A stretch of DNA of 56,293 nt, counting the filler, from Sphacelaria rigidula (taxonomy: Eukaryota): the NCBI GenBank assembly GCA_964200075.2. It is 4 parts of 4 records of this genome, joined end to end, with 100 filler letters (N's around TTAATTAATTAA, not from the genome) between each part and the next. Parts side by side here need not be neighbours in the genome. Positions count along the whole stretch, not along the records: positions 1 to 14,000 come from CAXNAA020002524.1; positions 14,101 to 28,098 come from CAXNAA020002525.1; 2 more parts are not named here. One strand, written 5' to 3'. Position 1 is the stretch's first letter, and each line of letters begins with the position of its first letter. Positions 12,111 to 25,115 of this stretch are shown one piece after another. The position numbers were made by a program, and so were the translations under genes. Under the pieces are notes generated by a model. The model saw only the letters and a list, made by a program, of their open reading frames with translations. It did not search any database and was not told where the DNA came from.

Positions 12111-13760
12111 TCGTGTAGCATAACTTGGTCCGGGAGGTTCAGGGCGGCTGACTTGTTCGAACATGAGGCACGTTCTGATCGCTATTCTGACACTGTAAGA
12201 ATCCGTTTCAGCTAGTGTACCGTTCATGCGTCCCTGACTCATACTTTGCAACTTCAAAGAAATACATGAATACATTCTTGATGGACGATTATCAGATAGT
12301 GAGATACCAAGATGCGCGCAGGCCATGTACAAATACAAACACAAGTTTGTACAAATCTTACGTTGGTGATACCTGGTAGTCGGTTGGCATTTCGTAAGAC
12401 ATCAACACATGGCAATCCGAATCAGTATTATCATTAGTTGCTCACCCAGCAGGGCGTGTGTGCAGATCTGTACTACTAAATATATATATGATACACATAC
12501 ACTGATGATCCGCGACGAATCCAGCCGCCTCCGCAGGGCAGACTTCATGAAGGTAGAAACAAATGATGACCCATTGTGCCAAAAAGAGAGACGAAAACTT
12601 ACACAAAACCGCTCGAATAGAGAAGGACGTGAGAAAGTGGGTGTTATAGGAAGATAGGATTCGAAGGAGGAGTACGTACCAGTGTTCACATACTGGTATC
12701 TTATACCCCGGATTATTTCTTCCTTTGATGGATATTCATGTATTCACCGTATTTTTCATTAATTTTACCGCGTGTTGTCGGGGTCGAGAAGTTACGAAAA
12801 ACAAATACCTAAATAAAGCCCACGTCACGAATGAACAACAATAATCTGAACCATCAACGCCGTCACAAAACACACACACATACGTACTTGGTACGTCCAT
12901 AGAGGCACATACACGGCAACGACCTTGGTCGCGCTGTAGGTGAACTGTGTACGCTGGCATAAAAAGTATTTTTGTTCGGATATTTTATCTCCGACCGCGG
13001 GTTTGAGCATGCACAGCGGGGCTGATGTGATCATGAAAATATGGGTAATGTGTAAAAAAGGATACACCCTGGTGCTTTTGGAACAAAAAAGGGTAACGCT
13101 TTTCCCGCTTTGGGGCGCGGCGCCGCACGCGGGCCGAACACCTGGAAAACACGTTCTAGCGCCTCAGCCCCACGCCCAAAGTGTCTGGGCAGCATACCCG
13201 ACCCTTATTTTTTCTTCACTTTCACAAGTGTTACTGGGCTGAACTACGGCGCCAAGAATGAGAGCCTGTGAGTGTACCCTTTTCTGTAAACGAACCAGGA
13301 CGGTAGACCGTGCCCTCCGCTGAAAATTTATGTTTTACCCTTTTTTGTTTCCCTGTTGATCCTTTTCTGTGAAGTGGTGATCCTTTTTTGTGGAATGGTG
13401 ACCGTACCGCCGTCTCAGCAAAGGTTACGCCGAGCAGTTACAACCATGGTCATTTTCGGTAAAATCACACCCCACCAAAAAAGGCTGAAACCCAACGACC
13501 AGAAGAGTGTAGCCCCCTTGTTGGTTGGCCCGAAGATCCCGAAGATTCAACGATGCATACAGGTCGCTTGTGTGCCGGAGCTCACAAAGATCCAACGGAC
13601 GTGGATGAACATCTTGCCGACACACCAGCCCGAACGGCATCATGCGAGTCGGAAACGGAGATGGACATCGCCTGGATTCCGGATTAGAGCAAGAACGCCT
13701 GAATCCTACGGCGTAGATTGTACCATCAGGTGTCTTCCCCCGATCGCTGCCGTTGCACCC

Positions 13761-14000
13761 ACGTCCCTTCCAGACGAGCTCTCGCGACCACAACCCAAGC
13801 AACACGCACGGAGAACCGAGTGATAATCCACAGCAGCAATGTCATCGCCATGGCACAAGCGACGCTGTGCCGCAAGACGGCACCGGCGCGGGCTTCTCCT
13901 TTCAACCCCGAGTCCTCACGTCCCTTCCAGACGAGCTCTCGCGACCACAACCCAAGCAACACGCACGGAGAACCGAGTGATAATCCACAGCAGCAATGTC
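13761..14000 (+). repeat. 157-bp-period direct tandem repeat running into the contig end
   Basis: ACGTCCCTTCCAGACGAGCTCTCGCG...CAGCAATGTC is identical at 13761-13843 and 13918-14000. Confidence 0.85.
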
Positions 14001-14100
14001 NNNNNNNNNNNNNNNNNNNNNNNNNNNNNNNNNNNNNNNNNNNNTTAATTAATTAANNNNNNNNNNNNNNNNNNNNNNNNNNNNNNNNNNNNNNNNNNNN
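14001..14100. other. Artificial contig-joining linker N44-TTAATTAATTAA-N44
   Basis: 100-nt spacer with a six-frame-stop 12-mer, identical to the other two linkers. Confidence 0.97.
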
Positions 14101-14556
14101 ACCGTTTCTACTCCTAATAGAGACACCTCCAACATCCTGGCGCTCATTACGTTCCTTCCATACACTACACAGAAACTTTTTACATATCATACCCCCGTCC
14201 TGTTTGGCCGTCTATGGCCAGGGGGGGGGGGGGTACTCATGATTATGCACGCCATGGTCATACAGAGACACTTCCAACATGTGGGCGCTCATTACGTTCG
14301 TTCCATGGATAACACACCATCTCTCATCCCTTTCCTGTTTCGCCGTCTGTGGCCACCACCTATTTCCTAGTATAGCTATCGTTTTCTCGCTACTGTACAA
14401 TCTCTCGATTTCAACCCACCTTCGTTTACTTGGGTAGTTCACATTCTGCCACTATATGAGTTCTACTCTCTATTGCTTTGCCACAGGCGCCATTTTGTGC
14501 ATCTACTTCCTCCTCCACTTGACTATTGGTATACCTCTTATTTCTGAGGGGGGTGC

Positions 14557-15590
14557 GGGGGGGTGTTCTCATGATTATGCATGCCATAGTCATCAGACCA
14601 TTGACCTTGCATCCCTACAAAGCCAGAACGGAGCACGCCGGGCTTTCGCCGGTCCAGGCTTGCACTCAAACCACCAAGCTCGAAGCGCCGTGGTGTGTTC
14701 GGCGAGTCGCATGAAGGGCGATGTGCATCCTGCTAAGATTGTTCGGCCCGAAGCGTACTGATTATTATGCATCTGGATGACAGCCTAAAATGAGTTGCTG
14801 CATTTTCTGGAATCGCCACTTCCAGAGACAGCCACAGCTTATGCACTGTCTCATCGGTGTCTCACCCTTGAAACACTCTGTAGTACGATCACCTTCATTG
14901 TGCGGGGTTGAAGTTCTCCCGCGCCGCACAAAATGATCTAGCTCGACTATCATCATGGTTATCGCAAAAAAAACGCAAGCGCGCAAAAACGAATCGGCAA
15001 CCTGGTTGCCTAGCTTACGCAAGGAGTGGCGTGTTTTGTAGCGTCATCGCTAACCGACGCCAACCCCATCGAGGGTGTGCCCCTACAAAGCCGGGACGGA
15101 GCACGCCAGGTTTTCGCCGGACCAGGCTTACAATCAATCACCAAGGGCGAAGCGCCGTCATGTGTTCAGCGAGTAGCATGAAGGGTGAGCTGAATCCCGT
15201 CAAGATTGTTCGGCCCGAGCCTACTGATTATCTTGCATTCGGATGACACCCTAAAATGACTTGCTGCATCTTCTGGCATCACCACGCCCAGGAACAGCCA
15301 CGGATTACACTGCCTTATGGGCGTCTCACCATTTCAACAGCACAGTATGATTATCCCCTTTGCGCGGAAATGAGGTTCTGCCACCCCACACAATACGACC
15401 TAGCTCGACCACCATCGCGCTTGCCGCAAAATAAACGCAAGCGCGCAAGTAAAAACGGTAACCTGGTCGCCTCCCTTACGCAGTGAGCGGCGTGTTTTAC
15501 AGGGTCAATGCCAACCGACGCCAACCCCACAGGGGGTCCGTCCCTACAAAGCCGGAACGGAGCACGCCGGGGTTTCGTCGGACCAGGGTA
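14557..15590 (+). repeat. Tandem array of ~465-bp units (two full units plus the start of a third)
   Basis: CCCTACAAAGCC.G.ACGGAGCACGCC recurs at about 14613, 15081 and 15542. AAGATTGTTCGGCCCGA occurs at about 14735 and 15202. Confidence 0.8.
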
Positions 15591-15944
15591 ACGGGGTGGG
15601 GGGGGGGGGCAAGTTGCCACAAAAACTAAGCGATTCGTTTCTACCAGGCGCTCCTCAACGCCACAACGCGTTCGCAAGATGCCATGGTTGGTCTGGCAAG
15701 GTGTAACTGCGCGAGATATTTTCAAAGAGCCTTTTCAAATTACAGGAGTTTGTGTTTGCTCGCGCACCAGATTGTTCACACGTGGGACAGCTCATGAGCT
15801 ACCTGCAACAACAAATCGAAGCGGATCCTCCGATCCCTTGTCCAACGAACACAAAATATACGAGAGCGAGTCCGAGAAGCCACAGCGCTATCTTTGCGCT
15901 ATACTCCGCGTGCACGGCGTCCAGCGCTGTAGGGAGCAAATTTG

Positions 15945-17958
15945 TAGGGGTCTACACGTCACACGTTACACGTTACACGTTCACGTTCACGTTACGTTCA
16001 TCACGTAACAGAAATGAACGTTCACGTCACGTTACGTATGTCACGTTAAATAAATTCTAACGTTACGTTAACGTTTCATTCGGGAATTTAACGTTACGTT
16101 TATCACGTAAAAAAATATTTAACGTTACGTTTCGTTACATGTAACGCAATATGAAACGTTTCAATGTCACGTGTAACGTCTAATATAACGCTTCGTTGAC
16201 ACGTGTAACGCTCGAATGTAACGTTTGATTCTGTGCGTGTCGCGGCGTTATAACGTGTTGTGTAACGCGTGATGTTACCGTGTACGTGACGCTGACGGTC
16301 ACCCGTCGGCTACTTATCATGTATAAAAAGACTCTACACCAAAACGCGTTTTCTGATAGATGACCGAAAAAACTCACTTCTCATATGATCAGAAAACCCC
16401 TTTTTTCAAGAACATTTTCTGATATCATTTTCCGATGGCCCAAATTCATCCGAAAATCAGGAGTTTCTGATAGCTTTGGGCTATCGAAACTTTTATTGAA
16501 AACGCGTTTGAAATCCAGCCGCACGCCAACACACTCTCTAGCCCACGACAGCAGCCATGGTGGTTTGGCTGCCATCACCACTGCTGTCGCTGGTGCTCGC
16601 GGGCAATCAGCGTGTTGCTTCATTGTCCTTCGCTCGCCAGTATCATAGTGGCCCTTTACCCCATGAGAACAGGACAGGGCAGGATCGATGACGGGTGCTG
16701 TACAACCACCCTGTATGTAGTTTGCACAGCCAGTATTGTAGCTCGCACTTCAGGTCTGTGCATGCAGCCTGTTGCGAACAGCACTCGCAATGCAGTACAG
16801 ACTGCCCACGCACCCAAGACTGAAAGAGACAGAACCGCACTGACTGTACACACGAGACCACAGTATGTAAGCAGTGCTACTGCTGTACTGTCTACAGGGC
16901 TTGGGTGCTTGGGCCATCTGTACTGTATTCGAGTGCTGTTTGCAACACGTCGCATGCACAGACCTGAGCTGAGCTACAATACTGTGCAAACTACATACAG
17001 AGTGTCTGCACAGCACTCGTCATCGACCCTGCCCTGTTCTGTTCTCATGGGGGTAAGAGCCATCACGCTACTAGCGAGCGAAGGACTGTAGAGCAATACG
17101 CGGACTGCCCACGAGCACCAGCGACAGCAGTGGTGATGGCAGTCAAGCCATCACTACAGCCAATGCATACAATACAGTACTGTTGTGTGTACTGTTGTCC
17201 GTGCTGTCCATTCAGTCAAGTACTACCGTGCAGTGAAAAAGCACAACCGTCACTTCTACAGCCAGTTAGTACAGCAAGGCGGTGTTCGTCTTGATCATCT
17301 TGCGTCACGCAGCCCACCATGTATTGCTCAGGCAATGTATCACAGCAGTACAGACAGCCAGTATGGACCGTACACCACGACACGACAGCAGATTACTGCG
17401 TCTCTCTCGCGCGCCCCAGAATTTAAGATTATGCCTGCACACTTCATAGAAAACGATGAAGACTGCGTTTCCAATTTTGACAGTGCGTCGATGATGTAAG
17501 AAGGGCTACTTTGAAAAATCATGTGGAAAATCGCGCTGTTGAAAAACGGCTTTTCTGACATCATCGTGTTTTTCTACATGAGAAGTAGCCTTGAATGTGG
17601 TCGAGATGATTATGATGTTATGATGCAGTGCTGCAACGATAACTCGGAATGTGAGGTGTGGTGGGGAGAACGCGAAATTGCTGCAACTGTACCATACCTT
17701 TACCATGGTCATTCAAACTCGCTCGTGTTAATTGAAGCACAATCTTCTGGGATTTTCAAATTAATTGCAAACTTGAAGTTCGTCCACCTCATGTGAGGTG
17801 TTCATGACGTTTCATGTAACGTTACACGTTACATAAAACGTTTCATAACACGTGATTTGAACGTTTGGGCAATTTAACGTTCACGTTACGTTTCGGCCAA
17901 AAAACATAACGTGAACGTAACGTGTAACGCTGTGGCACGTGTAACGTGTAGACCCCTG
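15945..17958. mobile_element. Non-autonomous hAT-like element, 2014 bp
   Basis: TIRs TAGGGGTCTACACGT / ACGTGTAGACCCCTG. 8-bp TSD CAAATTTG (15937-15944) / TAAATTTG (17959-17966). ACGT-rich subterminal arrays at both ends. Confidence 0.85.
16557..17155. repeat. Long internal inverted repeat (~290-bp arms)
   Basis: For example CTGCCATCACCACTGCTGTCGCTGGTGCTCG (about 16569) pairs with CGAGCACCAGCGACAGCAGTGGTGATGGCAG (about 17112). Pairing continues to a loop near 16845-16870. Confidence 0.9.
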
Positions 17959-18550
17959 TAAATTTGGGAAAAGGGGCTGAATGAGCTAGCTCATGATCCG
18001 GATCAGTACACTAATAAGTAATATTCACGTAGCTCATGAGCTGTCCCAGGTGTAAAATTGTTGCTCGAAGGAGCCACTTACGGGCAACCGTTAGTCCGTC
18101 CCCCGGCGTGGCATAGCTCTCTTGTGTTCATCGTCGCTACTGGCGTTGCTGTGGTGGTGGCAGCTGCTGGTTGACTGCTGATTTTTTTATTGATTGTCGC
18201 ACTTTAATTAATCCCCCCAGGGATCTGTCCGTGCTGGTATGTGTGCTTTTATGCAATGTCGTGTCAGGGGCCAGCTTGGCGGCCAGACATTACAACAACA
18301 ACAAATGGCAGAACGGGAAAAAAAAAATGGGCGTTTCTGTATCAACACAACAACAAAAATCAAAAGCTCAAATAAGATAGACAGCATGTGCCTCGCGCAG
18401 TTTTTCATGAAGCTTACTTCCCTGAGCGCCACTGTTTTGCAGAGGCTACTCCATCCAATCTCTCAAATTTTCGCGGTAATTTCGACCGGTATTTTGTTAT
18501 GGATTGGACGGAGTTTGAATGATTGCTAGAAGCGCACGATGAATGCCCAC

Positions 18551-18700
18551 CTTGTCGAACGGGCGGTCTTTGTGTTTGTGCAAAGCGAAGCGGACGTGAT
18601 CCCGAAACTCGTGGCCGCACTTGGCGCACCGACTCAAGCTGTGCTGCTGGCACGGGAAAAGCTGTAGCAGTGTGCTCGACGCTGGCAGACGCAGCCACAA
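18551..18700 (-). CDS. Isolated candidate exon with a CxxH-x4-CxxC zinc-binding-like motif
   Basis: cag|..|gtggg borders, 150 nt, open frame LWLRLPASSTLLQLFPCQQHSLSRCAKCGHEFRDHVRFALHKHKDRPFDK. Could not be linked to other exons. Confidence 0.35.
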
Positions 18701-19171
18701 CTGCATGTGGTTATCTGCGAGCGTCCGTGTGCGTGCGAGTTGAGACAAAGGAGGAAATGCGGAGACAGACAACCAGGCAGACAGGCAGACAAACAGACAC
18801 AGACAGGGATACAGGCAGGGAAACAGAAAGACGCATTTGCTTTGGCTGAGGAAATCTGGTGTCATGTGTTGTCCCGTTTTCTACGTGACTTTCTACGTGA
18901 CAGCATTGTCCCACGAGAATTACCACAAATAAAACATCCGCAACCAAACTAATCGAACTTAATGCTACATGCACTCTGTGCCTTTCTCACCTTCAACTCA
19001 TCAACCATTACATACTATTAATCAGGCTCACAAGAAAATCGAGGCTGACGCTCAAGTTATTGCTATCTCCTGCGGAGCTATCCCCCCCCCCCCCCCCCCC
19101 CCACCCTCTCTCTGATTTTGGTGTGCCCACACACACCCCATCCCGTTTTCTCACCCGTGTTTCCCCCCTTT

Positions 19172-19181
19172 NNNNNNNNNN
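19172..19181. other. 10-N intra-scaffold gap
   Basis: Ten Ns without the linker 12-mer. Confidence 0.9.
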
Positions 19182-21321
19182 CGTCTCCTCTTGGTGTGGA
19201 TCCAAGCTCACTCGCCTTGCCACTAACCACAGCACACAATGGCCCCCCCCCCCCCCCCCCCCACTTACTTATGTTACGGTAGTGCGACTCTACACAGTCA
19301 CCTATCCACTTTTTGCGCCCTGGTTCCACCCTTTCTTGAGCAACGGGGCGGCGGGTGAGAAAGTCGATCCATCCCCTGCGAAGCGCGCAATTATAGTTAT
19401 TATCTACTCCTACCTACTTGTGCTGCCTAAACCAGTTGGCCGCTGTTAGTTGAAGACTACTCGTTGCTAGTGACACTATCTGTACTCGCGTCTCTGGCAC
19501 TTGCGGCAAGCTAGCTGCGATGGCCAACTTTTCTGACGAACAGCGGTACTGAAGCTGAGAAACGGGGCAAAAGACGCACAGCATATAAAAGCACAAATAT
19601 GTTTTCCTCCGCACGTACGTCCTACATCGTCGGGATTCGTCCACGCCTCCGCAAACACCGCCTTCGTACTGAACGCTACATATTTGAAAAAAATGGAATG
19701 GGATCCACGGTTGGTATGTGTCATAAGAAAAAAAAGCTGAGGATAGGCCACCCTCTCCCAGGCACCCCGGGTATCCATTCGACGGTAATTTCGGGTACAG
19801 AAGGGATCAATGATACTGAGCATCTCAGGGAACCTGGAATATAACCATTTCAAAATCCCCGTGCCAACACCCTACCGCACAAAAATTTTGCAAAATGGTA
19901 TCATTATCCCCGTGGGACTCATCTTAGTGTGTTCCCTTTGCAAAATGAGATTATGCCTTCTGGGTTCCCGATCGTCTCGGGGAACATTCAAGTACCGAAA
20001 ATGTAAGTGTGTGGCATCGAATTCATCTCATTGTTTCAGTACGGTTGTTTTACATGTGGCCGTACATATATGGGCGATTACGTACGTCTAGGGGCACTTA
20101 CAGCAGACACGGGGGATGGAACACAACGACCGTGCGGAAAGTGGAGGATGATCATCAGTAAACATCCTCCCCCGGCATACTGGAAAATATAACAGGCAGC
20201 CTGCTGTGCATATTTGGATCAACTCAGTGACCCAGCGGGACGTACTGAGACAACTAAGGCAACTTTGCACCTGTTGGAAGATGATGATTAAGTGCAAATA
20301 AAAAAAATAAAAAATCAATACCTTTCCATAACGATGTCGCGGCAGCTGCCTCGAGCAGCCTGCTGCACGTGCAGAACTTTTGGGCCGAGCGGATATTCCA
20401 CAGGAAAATGCGACACGGAGTGGGGTCCATGCGATGCGCGGGCACCGGCCACTGGGGCCTGCAAAAACAAACAAACAAACAATTGGGGGGGGGGGGGGCA
20501 CGGCATTGATGATAAGTGCTACGGTGTAGCAATGCCTGATGCCCCTCTTGCATTTTTTGTTCACTCATCCACAGCGATTTGAAAGCTGACATCGAAACAA
20601 ATTGCGCCACTCGACGGAGTTTTTCTTATGTTTGCGTGTGTAAAACGCAAGGGTACACATTCTGTAGGTTTGCCATGTACCCGTAAATTGTGTTTTTATC
20701 GGACAGTCACGGATCGTGTCGTTTTTCGTTTCTTCAGTGAAAACTGCAAGTTTTTGTCGTTATTGTTGTGTTGAAAAAATTCCCTCGTATCGCGTTCTCG
20801 GGAAATACCCAGTTATTACAGCACAGTATGCCATCCGGCCTTTCTTCTCATTTAATAAACGGCAATATTGACGGCTGTGCTAAGCCCAAAACCACCTCTG
20901 TGTTGTCTTCGTAGGCTCGGTGCGAGGAGGGTTACGTTCCAAGGCAACGAAAATCCGCCTTTTCTTTCCGGCTCTACCGTGGGATATCGAGGTTGAGATA
21001 CTATTCCATCCTTCTAAGCTGGCACATGCAAACTTCCACGGTGATTATAGTACAGTCGATTTGATCTGGTTTATCGTCAAGACCGCTGGATAACACCCGA
21101 GTGGTGTAAACCCAAAATGCCCGTGAAAAACTCGGGAGACGCGAAGACCTAGCATGGTCGGTAACGTGGAGCCAGTCTGCAAACCTCGACAAAGCAGGGA
21201 ACTATTCTTCACAGACACCGTGTGGTGTCACGATCATGCTGTAGCATTTTCAAATATCGAGCTGGGCTCCTACTACCACACCATGTGCGCCGTGTTTTAC
21301 CCGAAAAGTGTGATGAGTAGA

Positions 21322-21630
21322 GGTGTTTTTACCACTTGGTCGATGACGAAATTTCCCGGAAACATCCTTCTCTAAATAACGCTAACCCTAACACAAGGCA
21401 TACCGAGAACCCGCGGGTGAGAGGTGTGTGAAGCGTTCCCTAGGCAAAGTGTGGCGTTGGCAGATCTCAAAACGGCGCCGCAGGCGCCGATTTTGACGAA
21501 AATTCCTTCTGCGCACGCGAGGGGCAGTTGGGGCTGTCAGCCCCGCTAACGATCCGAATATCGGTGTTTACACTCAAATTAAGTAATAAAATTCCGGGAA
21601 GGTTCTAATCGACCAAGTGGTAAACACTAC
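21322..21630. mobile_element. MITE-like element with ~40-bp imperfect TIRs
   Basis: GTGTTTTTACCACTTGGTCGAT..TTCCCGGAA pairs with TTCCGGGAA..ATCGACCAAGTGGTAAACAC. Contains CTAACCCTAAC. Confidence 0.65.
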
Positions 21631-21676
21631 TGGATAAGTACAGGTACATGTATAATACTCCCCTCCCGAAAAATAA

Positions 21677-22160
21677 CGTTGTAAAACACGCCGCTCACTG
21701 CGTAAGCTAGGTAACCAGGTTACCATTTTTCCTTGCGCTTGCGTGTTTTGTTGCGGTAACCATGATGGTGGTTCAGCAACATCATATTGTGCGGGATGGG
21801 AGAACCTCAATTCGGCGCAAAGGGGATGATTGTACTACGTAGTGTTACAACATGTTAAGACACCCATGAGGTAGTGTGGAAGCCATGACTGTCTCTGGAA
21901 GTGGCGATACCAGACAATGAAGCCACTCATTGGAGGCCGTTATCCAAATGCAAGATAGTCAGTAGGCTTCGGGCCGAACAATCTTGGCAGGATGCAGCTC
22001 ATCCTTCATGCGACTCGCTGAACACATCACAGCGCTTGTGGGTTGGTGAATGATCGCGAGCCTGGTCAGGCGAAAAGCAGTCGTGATCCGCTTCGGCCTT
22101 GTAGCGACACGAGGTCAATGGTCATACGACCACGGCATGAAAGATTATGAGTAAAACCCC
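21677..22160 (-). repeat. Inverted copy of the ~465-bp unit at 14557-15050
   Basis: Reverse complement contains ACCATTGACC..CTACAAGGCC, AAGATTGTTCGGCCCGAAGCCTACTGA and CTTACGCAGTGAGCGGCGTGTTTTAC. Confidence 0.8.
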
Positions 22161-24987
22161 GAGAAAACAGAGGCGTAGAAAGGAATGCTGGTGCGGAACA
22201 CCTCGTGGTGGCAAGGTTTGATTCATGCAGTCAAACCAGCAGTCATCAACAGTAAAATACAGGTCGTCGAGTTTTTTTAGAGAGTTTGACATAATAGAGT
22301 TTGAAAAGCTAGTTAGCATGGCTGCGTCTTTTTACTTATGTCACCATACCATAGTACTGTGTAGGATTCAGGAATTCAAGGCACCGAGTTCATAGGTACG
22401 GGTCGCTATAAATAATTGAACTCAAATCAGCTATTTTTTCGTTGTTCTCCATGATTCTTGAACGGATCTAACTCGGGCTTCTTGTGTTAGTGGACACACG
22501 TGCGCTACACGAACCCCATGTACCGCAGAGAGGTCAACAAGATTGAATTGGTCGATTTTTTTTTGTTCAGGCCCGGTCTGTGCATCATCTCCCTCCGCCA
22601 GCTGGTTACAGCCCAGAACAGTACAGTACATCGATGATATTTTCACAAGCACCAGCATGTCATCATGAAGCGGGATACCTCCGGCAGGGGGGCGGTGCTC
22701 TAGCACACGGGGTTGCACACGCAAGAGAGACGATAGATGTTTACGTTAAAATAGCTGTCCGATGTCCGGTGTGTAGAGTGCTTGGTCGCCTCCGCCATCG
22801 CATCTCCAAACAATTTCTGTCGCGGTACCGACTGTATTTCTCTTTACCGCAAGATGCGCCAACCTTGGCCAGGCGGTGGCCATCACGTGAGTACTGTCTG
22901 TACGACATCGATCAACACGAGCCATCTCGAACAAAAGCACGACGGCGAACAATAGAGAGCTACCGTACCAGCATTATAGCCGATATAGACATTTTCTGGG
23001 GTTATGCCATCCGGGAGCATGAAACAACGCACCACGACAACGGTAGCACCGTCTTATCTCATGCCCCGTATCTCAAGCCGTGCAGGATACAGGAGGCGCA
23101 AGCCAAGCGCAAATAAAGACTACAACGCCAACCCACGCCACCGCAACCATACCACAGGCACGGCGACGCTCATAGCGAACGTCGGATACACCAACCCGTA
23201 CACAGAAACACAAAGCACTCCTTGTGGGGCCGTTGTTGTCCTGGATACCATCTCTCCGCAGCACGGTCCTGTACTGTGGCTGCGGTGGCTGCGGGGACCA
23301 GAAGGCCAGTGAACACGAGTGTGACGGAGTCCATACGAAAATCAAGTTTGCGTTATATATATATATATATATAATACGTCATGAAATGTGGAGGGACTGC
23401 AAATAATTCAAACTAAAATACTTGAAATAGAGTGTGCGTTAAATAATTTGACCCGTACCTGTGAACCCACCTCCGACTTTAACCCTTTTGGAACCCGTTG
23501 ACTATTTATATTTATGTGAACCTGCATCATTTTGACTTAAGAATGACTAAAAATTATGTCGATTTACAAAAACAAAGATCGTCAATGGATTCCACAAGGG
23601 TTAAAAGGAGAAAACGAGATGGGAGGGGAGAGGACGAGAGGAGAACTCCCTTTTCGATCCCGTTCTTGCAGAAACATTTGTTCAAACACCCCAGAAAAAA
23701 GCGTCGAAAATGAAATTCCGTGTTGACGTCGCTTTACCGCTTTGGCAAAGAGAACAATGGCAGGTGAGCGACAACAACAACGGCTGCGCTGAGTCACAAC
23801 ATGAGCAATCACCGATACGCCAACACCAACGAAAAACCATGTACTGTACTGTGCATGTATCACGGCAGTCGACACACCTCATGCGGCGAATAAATCCAAC
23901 GAAAGAGTAGCTGAGCAGCCCTCCACAAGAGAACAAACTGCGAGATTGGTTGCTCCAATATTCTCCGGTTGCTTCGGGATTAATAAAACGCGACGAGCAT
24001 CACCGCAGTTCATATAACCACTGCTACGACTTGACCTCTGTGCTGTGAGGGTGGGGGGTGTCCCTGACTGGAAGGGCACGCTGAAAGTGGCTCAAGAACC
24101 CCGCGCTTTTGACCGTTACTGTAATATATATCCCACGTCTGGTACACATTCGAATAGGCCTCTAGTACAGACATTTTTCAATTCCCGTGAGATTGAGCGA
24201 TAACTTCGATTACATGGGGTGTTTGGACGAGAGATCCTGTCAGATCCGGACGGGACCTCCCGTAAAATGTAACGGGAAACGACCAACACGCCCGACTCCC
24301 CGAAGACTGGAGTGGACACGGGAAAAATGCGGGAGGGGTCGGGGTGGAACGGGAACGTTTCCATTCTATTCATTCAAACACGACGGGGGGGGAAGGAATG
24401 GATTTGGAAAACAGCCTGGATGGGATGAGACAGGAACTGTGGCCCTGAGGATTGACGGCGTGGACGGGACGAGGTGGGATATCCTCAACACTGCGGAGGA
24501 ATCCCGTGAGGTTATGAACCTACATTTGACTACTGTCCTGTTCTGGACGTTTTTGTTGCTGTGGCCATTTTTCTTCACGTCACAAAATTGGTGAGACCAT
24601 GCCACAAACAACAGCGATCAAATTCAGACAGGGAGAACAGGACGTTGCACTACTCTACGCTTGAAACACATGATGCTCGCTCCCGCCCTTTTGGTATTTC
24701 CCCATGGGGGACGGGGTATACCACCCCCTCCCTCCCCGCTCCTCCGGGAGTTCTATATCTTCAAGCTCGACTTTGTGTAGAGGCGATGCTCTGCACAACC
24801 AATTTTGTCCCTGAATACATAGAATATTTTCCATGAGGCATTCCTGATGATGCAAAAGTTCAATGGCGTGGTTTGTGGTGCGGTCGCCCTAGCTCCCAGC
24901 TGTGGAGAAACCCTGTATTGAAGAGCTAACCAGCAACCCGCACCCTGTAGGTTGTACTTGTACACGTTTTTCCCACGGGAACCTTAC

Positions 24988-25115
24988 CTTGGATATGTCC
25001 ATCGCTTGCTCTTTTTAGAGCGGCCACGCTGAAATACCAGTAGCAGCAACATGAGCCCCAGCACTACGGGTTGGAGTCGCCGCACCCTCCACATCCGGGC
25101 CAAACCACGCATCAT
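24988..25115 (-). CDS. Candidate first coding exon of a type II membrane or secretory protein
   Basis: MMRGLARMWRVRRLQPVVLGLMLLLLVFQRGRSKKSKRWTYP ending at a strong AAG|GTAAGG donor. Downstream exons were not resolved. Confidence 0.35.

Larger units (their letters stand above)
15778..18053. mobile_element. MITE hosting the hAT-like insertion
   Basis: TIRs ACACGTGGGACAGCTCATGAGCTAC (15778-15802) and GTAGCTCATGAGCTGTCCCAGGTGT (18029-18053). Confidence 0.7.

Noticed and set aside
13761..15590. Hammerhead ribozyme or retrozyme in the tandem units
   Set aside because: No correctly arranged CTGANGA...GAAA core with flanking helices was found by eye. An Infernal scan would be decisive.
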